From assembly GCF_009914755.1 (NCBI RefSeq), contig NC_060928.1: a stretch of DNA of 64,000 nucleotides; one strand, given 5' to 3'. Numbering within the stretch: the stretch's first letter is position 1; every line of letters starts with the position of its first letter. Origin of the DNA: the human T2T-CHM13v2.0 reference genome, Homo sapiens. The notes below the pieces were generated by a model. It had not been told where the DNA came from. It did no database searches and saw only the letters and a program-made list of their open reading frames with translations. Shown piece by piece: positions 54,491 to 64,000 of this stretch. A program made the position numbers and the translations under genes.

Positions 54491-55194
54491 GCCACAATGA
54501 GATATCTCTCCAGACTCTGGTAAACCATGTAAACATTTATCAATTTATGGCAGGTACCAATCTGTGGCAAGTAAATTCCATGTTTATAACAAACTACTCC
54601 AATTCCCATGAGTGGGAAGTTATGCCTGCTACTACAAATGTGAAAATGAAGATTCTACATTTGAGGACATACTCATGAATAAAGTACCCAAGGTCTCTGC
54701 TCTCACTTATCTTATATTCTAGCAGAGAGAGATAAAGTAAACAAAATAATGTCAATAAACGAGAAGTAAATATAAAACAACAGTGGCTCCAAGCTATTCA
54801 GGGAAGTCCTCCTTGAGAAGCCCACAATTGAGTTTTGATCTGAGCCAGCTATGTGAAGAGAAAGTAGCAATTGTAAATGCTCTGAGATTCCCCATTTGTC
54901 AAGATCAAAGTTACCTCAGCTCTAGTTTTCTGTATGTAAGCCTGATATGTGTGGAAGAGGAAATGAAAGTATGAGCATGCGTGTGTGTGCATACGTGTGT
55001 GCATACATACGTGTGTGCATACATATGTGTGTATAAGGACAAAAAGGGAAATCTATAACACTAACACTGGAGTTAATACTGAATAACCAAGAATAATGTA
55101 GAACACTCTAAAGCCTGGGGCAATCTATGGACTGAGGAGGATAAAAAAGCAAATGGTTAGAGAAGTTGAGAGGCACAGTAGAAACTTTGTATTC

Positions 55195-55647
55195 TGTGAT
55201 GGTTAATATTGAGTGTAAACTTGGATTGAAGGATACGAAGCATTGATTCTGGGTGTGTAAGTGAGGGTATTGGTAAAAGAGATTAACATTTGAGTCAGTG
55301 GGTTGGGGAAGGCAGATCCACCCTTAATCTGGTGGGCACAATCTAATCAGCTGCCAGCGAATATAAAGCAGGCAGAAAAACATTAAAAATAGAGACGGGC
55401 CTAGCCTCTCAGCCTACATCTTTCTCCCATGCTGGAAGCTTCTTGCCCTCGAACATCGAACTCTCAAGTTCTTCAGTTTTGGGACTCAGACTGGCTCTCC
55501 TTGCTCCTCCACTTACAAGGTCTCCACTATTGTGAGACCTTGTGATTGTGTAAGTTAATACTAAAGTGGAGTTTATTAAGCATATGTAAGTGTGTGTGTA
55601 TATATATATGATATATTTATTAGGATATATATATCACACATATATAA

Positions 55648-55686
<39 letters not shown>

Positions 55687-55724
55687 ATTAGTTCTGTCCC
55701 TCTAAGAGAACCTTGACTAATACA
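55195..55724 (+). mobile_element. MLT2A1 (HERV-L) solo LTR with internal (TA)n
   Basis: TGTGATGGTTAATATTGAGTGT...GAGATTAACATTTGAGTCAGTGG...GACTAATACA; perfect 5-bp TSD TATTC at 55190-55194 and 55725-55729. Confidence 0.93.
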
Positions 55725-56026
55725 TATTCAAAAGCTATTTTTCTTAGTTGTTTTAAATGGTGCTTCTTGTTATATAAAGTTAACTAACTTTGAGTATATT
55801 GTTCTAACTAAATTGCAGTTCAAAATGAATAATCAGCAGTTATGAATAAAATGTCTGGCATGTTTTTTTTTAATCAAAATGAGTTCTATGCAAAACAGGT
55901 TTAAAAATAAGCAAATACAGTAATTAAATATTTATATATTTATATTGCTTTAAAAATAATAATTACAGGGTTATTTTAACTAGGATAATCTGTCATGATT
56001 TCTAACTACTTAAAGTCACTGTTTTA

Positions 56027-56031
56027 TTTTT

Positions 56032-56066
<35 letters not shown>

Positions 56067-58748
56067 TTTTTTATTGATAATTCTTGGGTGTTTCTCACAG
56101 AGGGGGATTTGGCAGGGTCATAGGACAATAGTGGAGGGAAGGTCAGTAGCTAAACAAGTGAACAAAGGTCTCTGGTTTTCCTAGGCAGAGGACCCTGCGG
56201 CCTTCCGCAGTGTTTGTGTCCCTGGGTACTTGAGATTAGGGAGTGGTGATGACTCTTAACGAGCATGCTGCCTTCAAGCATCTGTTTAACAAAGCACATC
56301 TTGCACCGCCCTTAATCCATTCAACCCTGAGTGGACACAGCACATGTTTCAGAGAGCACAGGGTTGGGGGTAAGGTCATAGATCAACAGGATCCCAAGGC
56401 AGAAGAATTTTTCTTAGTACAGAACAAAATGAAAAGTCTCCCATGTCTACTTCTTTCTACACAGACACGGCAACCATCCGATTTCTCAATCTTTTCCCCA
56501 CCTTTCCTGCCTTTCTATTCCACAAAGCCGCCATTGTCATCCTGGCCCGTTCTCAATGAGCTGTTGGCTACACCTCCCAGACGGGGTGGTGGCCGGGCAG
56601 AGGGGCTCCTCACTTCCCAGTAGGGGGCGGCCGGGCAGAGGCGCCCCTCACTTCCCGGATGGGGGGTCTGGCCGGGCAGGGGGGCTGACCCCCCCACCTC
56701 CCTCCCGGACGGGGCGGCTGGCCGGGCGGGGGGCTGACCCCCCCACCTCTCTCCCAGATGGGGCGGCTGGCCGGGCAGAGGGGCTCCTCACTTCCCAGTA
56801 GGGGCGGCCGGGCAGAGGCGCCCCTCACCTCCCGGACGGGGCGGCTGGCCGGGCGGGGGGCTGACCCCCCCACCTCCCTCCCGGACGGGGCGGCTGGCCG
56901 GGCAGAGGGGCTCCTCACTTCCCAGTAGGGGCGGCCAGGCAGAGGCGCCCCTCACCTCCCGGACGGGGCGGCTGGCCGGGCGGGGGGCTGACCCCCCCAC
57001 CTCCATCCCGGACGGGGCGGCTGGCCGGGCAGAGGGGCTCCTCACTTCCCAGTAGGGGCGGCCGGGCAGAGGCGCCCCTCACCTCCTGGATGGGGCGGCT
57101 GGCCGGGCGGGGGGCTGACCCCCCCACCCATCTCCCTCCCTGACGGGGCGGCTGGCCTGGCGGGGGGCTGACCCCCCCACCTCCCTTCCGGACGGGGCGG
57201 CTGGCCGGGCGAGGGGCTGACCCCCCCACCTCCCTCCCGGACGGGGCGGCTGGCCGGGCAGGGGGCTGATCCCCCCACCTCCCTCCAAGATGGGGTGGCT
57301 GGCCGGGCGGGGGGCTGACCCCCCCACCTCCCTCCCGGATGGGGCGGCTGGCCGGGCAGAGGGGCTCCTCACTTCCCAGTAGGGGTGGCCGGGCAGAGGT
57401 GCCCCTCACCTCCCAGACGGGGTGGCTGGCCGGGCGGGGGGCTGACCCCCCCACCTCCCTCCCGGACGGGGCGGCTGGCCGGGCAGAGGGGCTCCTCACT
57501 TCCCAGTAGGGGCGGCCAGGCAGAGGCGCCCCTCACCTCCTGGACGGGGCAGCTGGCCGGGTGGGGGGCTGACCCCCCCACCTCCCTCCTGGACGGGGCG
57601 GCTGGCCGGGCGGGGGGCTGATGCCCCCACCTCCCTCCCGGACAGGGCGGCTGGCCTGGCGGGGGGCTGACCCCCCTACCTCCCTCCCGGATGGGCGGCT
57701 GGCCGGGCAGGGGGCTGACCCCCCCACCTCCCTCCCGGATGGGGCGGCTGGTGGGGCGGGGGCTGACCCCCCCACCTCCCTCCCGGATGGGGTGGCTGCC
57801 GGGCGGAGACGCTCCTCACTTCCCAGATGGGGCGGCTGCCGGGCGGAGGGGCTCCTCACTTCCCAGACGGGGCGGCTGCCAGGCGGAGGAGCTCCTCGCT
57901 TCTCAGACGGGGTGGCCGGGCAGAGATGCTCCTCACCTCCCAGACGGGGTTGCGGCCGGGCAGAGGTGCTCCTCACATCCCAGACGGGGCAGCGGGGCAG
58001 AGGCGCTCCCCACATCTCAGACGATGGGCGGCCGGGCAGAGACGCTCCTCACTTCCTAGATGTGATGGCGGCCGGGCAGAGGTGCTCCTCACTTCCTAGG
58101 TGGGATGGCGGCCGGGCGGAGACGCTCCTCACTTTCCAGACTGGGCAGCCAGGCAGAGGGGCTCCTCACATCCCAGATGATGGGCGGCCAGGCAGAGATG
58201 CTCCTCACTTCCCAGACGGGGTGGCGGCCGGGCAGAGGCTGCAATCTCGGCACTTTGGGAGGCCAAGGCAGGCGTCTGGGAGGTGGAGGTTGTAGCGAGC
58301 CGAGATCACGCTACTGCACTCCAGCCTGGGCACCATTGAGCACTGAGTGAACGAGACTCCATCTGCAATCCCGGCACCTCAGGAGGCCGAGGCTGGTGGA
58401 TCACGTGCGGTTAGGGGCTGGAGACTGGCCTGGCCAACACAGCGAAACCCCGTCTCCACCAAAACCAGTCAGGCGTGGCGGCGCGAGTCTGCAATCGCAG
58501 GCACTCGGCAGGCTGAGTCAGGAGAGTCAGGCAGGGAGGTTGCAGTGAGCCGAGATGGCAGCAGTACAGTCCAGCTTTGGCTCAGCATGAGAGGGAGACC
58601 GTGGAAAGAGAGGGAGAGGGAGACCATGGAAAGAGAGGGAGAGGGAGACCGTGGGGAGAGTGAGAGGGAGAGGGAGAGGGAGAGGGAGAGGAGGGAGAGG
58701 AGGGAGAGGGAGAGGGAGAGGGAGAGAGCGTCCCCAATCTTTTAAGTC
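56027..58748 (-). mobile_element. Full-length SVA (probably SVA_D-like) with a 20-nt 5' extension
   Basis: (TAAA)n tail 56027-56072, SINE-R ~56073-56570, GC-rich VNTR ~56570-58235, Alu-like region, (CCCTCT)n to 58728; TSD AAAGTCACTGTTTTA at 56012-56026 and 58749-58763. Confidence 0.98.
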
Positions 58749-58766
58749 AAAGTCACTGTTTTAATA

Positions 58767-59039
<273 letters not shown>

Positions 59040-59494
59040 TTTGTTTAACACTTAAAATATTATGCTACTTACATTTCACTGTATAGACCCAAGCTAAATT
59101 AAGACATTCTCGAGCTATCAGCAATCCACTCATAAAAATCTTCCTAGCCTAAGATCTCATAATGTCAGCCTAAAAGGTCATTCCCAAAGCATCCCTCAGT
59201 CCTAGACTACATTGGGAGAAAGTTCAGTGTTGCTGAAATAATCATGATATATTCTCAGCATATTCAAGCAGTCACAAAGGTATCTGATAAAAGATCACCC
59301 TCCTTAACTTATGAAAGGTGCTACAATGGGTTGACTACAACAAGTGAACAACTTTTTGTCATACTCAGGGCCAGTGAAGGCAAACTGCCACCATGTTTTT
59401 GCTCCAGTGGTTTTGCCAACACAGCAGAACCAGAAAGATATGAAGTCGGGCCCAGGTCTGAGGGAATTCTCATCTACCTCTTACCTTCAAAAAT

Positions 59495-59664
59495 CCCATT
59501 TCATTGATCTAAGACTCTATAATTGATCGTAACACACACCATTATTTTATGTGCTCCCAAGCTAGAAAAAAATAGTTTCAACTAAAATATGCTACCAATT
59601 TCAGGATGTACCCAAATTTCAGAAATGTGAAAAAATGGACATATCAGAATCAATGAAAAATGGT
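59495..59664. mobile_element. MER104-like TcMar MITE
   Basis: TIR-like ends CCATTTCATTGATCTAAGA and AGAATCAATGAAAAATGG. Confidence 0.55.
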
Positions 59665-60132
59665 AGGTAGTATTCTTCTAGCCAAATCTGCCCCTTTTGT
59701 TTACAGAATGGAAAGTGACCTTCACTATTTTCAACTTAATCCTCAAAAAGGGAAGGTTGCCTGTATTATGTCACCATTTCATTGATTCCAACTTCTTTTT
59801 GCATACAACTATTAAATACAAATGACCAAAGGGGCAACTAATACTTTCCCATTTGACGTTTGTCCAAAAATATTTAAAACATTTCATTCAAAACAACTTC
59901 TGATTACTGTTTGAATCTCAAAATAGCTACAGAAAACAAAACAAAACAAAAACCTCTTTGCAGCTCTGGTTCTGAACAAGTTAAGAAATAAAGCAAAGCT
60001 TGAAAAAGACATGCAGTCAGGCATCCGGAAGTGGCTGCCTATGCCACAGGGCAGTGGTCGATGGCTTCTGCTATCCAGTGCCTTGAGTTCGATTTCTTAG
60101 AAACAGTTTGAGATGAAGAAAAGAACATTGAA

Positions 60133-63100
60133 TGGACCTCTCCAAGATGGTCAACTAGACACGGCCAGGAGGAACACCTCCCACACCAAGGGACCAGGAC
60201 ATCAGGAAGACTGGCACACTTCTAGCAGATCTTCAGAGGGAAGGCATTGAGAGCAGACAGATGGAAGACACAGATACTAGACTGAAGGGGAAGGAAGCTG
60301 GGAATGCTGTACAGTGCTACCAGCACCAGGACTTATTTCTAGCCCCCAACAACTCCTGCAGAAGAGGTGAGTTGAATAGGCAAGGAGCAACCTGCTCTCA
60401 CCATAGGCTTCTGGAATCCTGGCAGGAGGAGACCCCTCAACCACCAAAGACAAATGAGTTGGCAGAGAGATGCTCAGAGAAGTACGAGGGGCAGAATTCC
60501 AGCCACTGCAAAGCCCAGAGGATTTGGTGCGGTGGCAACTATAGTGGAGCATGGACAGAGATACCCATCCCCTAGGCTCAACTTGCTGCCATAGGAGACT
60601 TTAGCCCCCAAGGGAAGTGTCAGATCTGAACTCTGCAAGGCAGTCTTCCCCATGAGACAGGGCCAGTCCAACCCAAGCACCCCTCAGTGTGCTGGCCTCT
60701 CCCAGCCTGGCTGTGCCTGTTTGCAATCCAGTCTCCAGGTACCTCCAGGGGGCCCACATCATAGCTCCTGTGCTGGTGGACCATACCTGACCAGCAGCGT
60801 GCTCCAGTAGAGCAGCCCCATTGATATACACCAGCCCACTTGTATCCTCCCACCACTGCAGCCTCCCATGTACCACTTTGCTGGCACACACCCTGCACAT
60901 CGCTTTGCCAGCACATGTGTGCACAGGCAAACCAAACCTTGCCTTCCGTCCCATGCCAGCATGTATGTGTGTGTGCACCCTGTCATGCCACTGCTGCCAG
61001 TGAGAGTTCACTCCCTCCCCCTCCTCCTGCTGCACCACCATTGTTGTCTGAGCATTAGTGGGTACTGAGCTTACCAGCCCCAATTCTGCCAGCACCCCAC
61101 CCCTGTGCCAACATTGTGGTGGCTTTGAAAAGAGACATGGAAAACAGTGGACATGCCTCCACTCTGAGTGGCACCACCACCTGCATGGACATGTACAGAG
61201 GACATACAAAGTCCTATGCCCACCAGTACCACACCCCCATGATAACACCATCAGCAGTGCAAAAGGGCACAATTGCTGGACAGGGGCTCCCAGCCCACAC
61301 AAGCTGTGCTGCCATTGCTGCAGCTGTGAATGCCGAAACAGAGGCTGGCACCCCAGCACCCACTAGCATCCTGCCGCAGCTGACAAGCATGTAGCCTGCT
61401 GCACTGCTGCAGCTAGTGCTGCTAGTATGTGCAAACAAAAATGAATCCTGCTGCCACCAGACTATGAAGTGCGTTGGCTGACACCACCCATCAGAGTGTT
61501 GTGACCAGCAGTATGGGAGCACCTCAGTCCCCTAAGTGCAGCCGGTTCCTAACCTTGAGGAGCCAGAGAACAAAGCCAGTGCCAATACCAGTCACCCGAA
61601 GTTAGAACACACAAGCTTGGACTCCTGAGCAGAGACCTGGCTCCCTAAAAATCTTCCAGAAAGGAAGCCAGTTGACTGAACTCACATTATACCAAAAATA
61701 AACCCCCAAGGTCACCAAATAGGATAAAAGAGGAAAAAAAAATCCAAAGGACAGCAACTTCAAAGACTGAAGGAACATTAGCCCACAAAGATGAGAAAGA
61801 ACCAGTGCAAGAACTCTGACCACTCAAAAAGCCAGTGTCTTCTTCCCTCCAAATGACTGCACTAGCTGGAGAGCAAAGGTTCTTAACCAAGGTGAGATGG
61901 CTGAAATAACAGAAATATAATTCAGAATATGAATAGATATAAAGATCAGCAAGATTCAGGAGAATGCTGAAACTCATCTAAGGAAGCTTAGAATCACAAT
62001 AAAATGATACAGGAGCTGACAGACAAAATAGCCAGTATAAAGAAGAATGTAGTCAATCTGATATAGCTGAAAAGCCCACTACAAGAATTTCAAAATGTAA
62101 TATCACAAGTACTAACAACAGACTATAACAAGTTGAGGAAAGAATCTCAAAGCTTGAAGACAGGCTTTCTGAAATAAGCCAGTCAGACAAGAATAAACCA
62201 AAAAGAATGAAAAAACATAAATAAAACCTCTGAGAAATATGGAACTATGTAAAGAGACCAAATCTATGACTCATTAGTGTTATAGAGATGGGGATAATGG
62301 AAGCAACTTGAAAAACATATTTTAGGATATCCTCCATGAGAACTTCCCCAACCTTGCTAGAGAGGCCAACATTCAAATTCAGAAACTGCAGAGAACCCCA
62401 GGAAAATACTTTACAAGAAGATCATCCCCAAGACACATAATTATCAGATTCTCCAAGTCAAAATGAAAGACAAAATGTTAAGGCAGCTAAACAGAAAGTA
62501 TAGGTCACCTATACAGGGAAGCCCATCATACTAACAGCAGACCCCTCAGCAGAAACCCTAAAAGCTAGAAGAGATTGGAGGCCTATATTCAACATTCTTA
62601 AAGAAAAGAAATTCCAACCAAGAGTTTCATATCTGGCCAAACTAAGCTTTATAAGCAAAGAAGAAATAAGACCCTTTTCAGACATGCAAATGCTGAAAGA
62701 ATTAATAATTACCAGACCTGTCTTACAAGAACATCTGAAAAAAACACTAAATATGAAAAGGAAAGACTGTTACCAGCCACTACAAAAACACACTTAAGTA
62801 CACAGACTAGTGATGCTGTAAAGCAACTATACAAACAAGTTGGCATAATGACCACTTATCAACATGAAGAGAGGATTAAATCCATACATATCAACTTTAA
62901 CCTTGCAAGTAAATGAGCTAAATGTCTCCATTAAAAGGCACAAAGTAGCAAGCTGGAAAGAAAAAAAAAAAGAGAGAAAAAAAAGAACCAGTGGTATGCT
63001 ATCTTCAAGAGACCCATCTCACATGTGATGACACCCATAGGCACAAAATAAAGGGATGGAGAAAAATCTACCAAGCAAATGGAAAGCAGAAAAAAGCAAA

Positions 63101-64000
63101 GGTTTCAATCCTAATTTCAGACATAACAGACTTCATTTGTTTGTTTGTTTTTGGTATTTTCTGTTTTTCTCATTTTTAAATTTATTTACAACTTTATTCA
63201 ATGAAGAGACATAACAGACTTTAAACCAACAAAGATCAAAAAAGACAAAGAAGGACATAATAGAAAATACATTATAGAAAAGGGTTCAACTCAACAAGAA
63301 AATCTACCTATCCTAAATGTATATGCACCTAACACAGGAGCATCCAGATTCATAAAACAAGATCTTAAGGACCTTCAAAGAGACTTAGACTCCCACATAA
63401 TAATTGTGGGAGACTTCGACACTCCACTGACAGTATTAGATCATTGAGGCAGGAAATTAACAAAGATATTCAGGACCTGAACTCAACACTGGACCAAATG
63501 GACCTGATTGACATATACAGAACTCTCCACCCCAAAACAACAGGATATACATTCTACTCATCACCACATGGCACAAACTCTAAAACTGACCATACAATCA
63601 AATATAAAACAATCCAATCCTCAGTAAATGCAAAAGAACTAAAATCATACCAACCAGTCTCTCAGACCACAGTATAATAAAAGTAGAATTCAAGACCAAG
63701 AAAATCACTGGAAACCATACAATTACATGGAAATTAAACAACTTGCTCCTCAAAGACTTTGGGGTAATTCATGAAATTAAGGCAAAAATCAAGAAGTTCT
63801 CTGAAACTAATGAGAATAAAGATACAACATACCAGAATCTGTGGGACACAGCTAAGGCAGTGTTAAGAGGAAATGTACAGCACTAAATGTCCACATCAGA
63901 AAGTCTGATGTCCACATCAAATTAACAACCTAACATCACAACTAAAAGAACTAGAGAAGCAAGAGAAAACCAACTCCAAAGCTAGCAGAAGACAAGAAAT
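60133..64000 (+). mobile_element. Older L1 (L1PA13-16-type): 5' UTR, ORF1 from ~61791 and start of ORF2 from ~62863; continues beyond the window
   Basis: CCAAGATGGTCAACTAG 5' end; ATGAGAAAGAACCAGTGCAAGAACTCTG ORF1 start; EN fragments LQETHL and DLIDIYRTLHP with many stops. Confidence 0.9.
63134..63206 (-). mobile_element. 73-nt poly(A)-tailed retro-insertion inside L1 ORF2
   Basis: 15-bp TSD AGACATAACAGACTT at 63119-63133 and 63207-63221; AATAAA plus A-rich tail on the minus strand. Confidence 0.75.

Noticed and set aside
56570-58235. Array of ~35-50 bp repeats resembling CRISPR or a CpG-island promoter
   Set aside because: This is the SVA VNTR: no unique spacers, no cas genes, primate DNA.
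56243-58745. Many overlapping 60-224 aa Pro/Gly/Arg-rich ORFs
   Set aside because: They are translations of the GC-rich SVA VNTR, SINE-R and hexamer; stop-poor repeat sequence, not genes.
60601-61522. 252-aa and neighbouring ORFs
   Set aside because: They lie within the GC-rich 5' UTR of the old L1 and show no recognisable domain.

Overview
Hominoid (human or great-ape) genomic DNA, identified by its SVA, Alu and L1PA content. It is AT-rich and dominated by repeats, and I recognise no host protein-coding exon. It holds four young L1PA3-5-type copies (1-2621 +, 19946-22267 -, full-length 32860-38982 -, 47751-49985 +), an older L1PA13-16-type element from about 60133 to the window end, a full-length SVA (56027-58748 -), seven Alus and an Alu monomer, solo LTRs (MLT1, MST, MLT2A1, MER21, LTR16/33), DNA-transposon relics, and MIR/L2/HAL1 fossils. 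The long ORFs in the track are L1 fragments or artefacts of repeats and low-complexity sequence. The main unexplained signal is that the four young L1s share non-consensus variants in a mosaic across all six pairs, while the three whose flanks are visible keep their own TSDs. This suggests local non-allelic gene conversion, or an assembly chimera. Other points of interest: a strong minus-strand AG|GTAAGT recursive-splice-like site at 51037/51038, a 20-nt 5' transduction on the SVA, a perfect 69-bp-arm AT-rich palindrome, a micro-inverted poly(A) signal in MLT2A1, and a 73-nt orphan retro-insertion. Subfamily names come from remembered consensus sequences, not a database search, and boundaries of old repeats are approximate.
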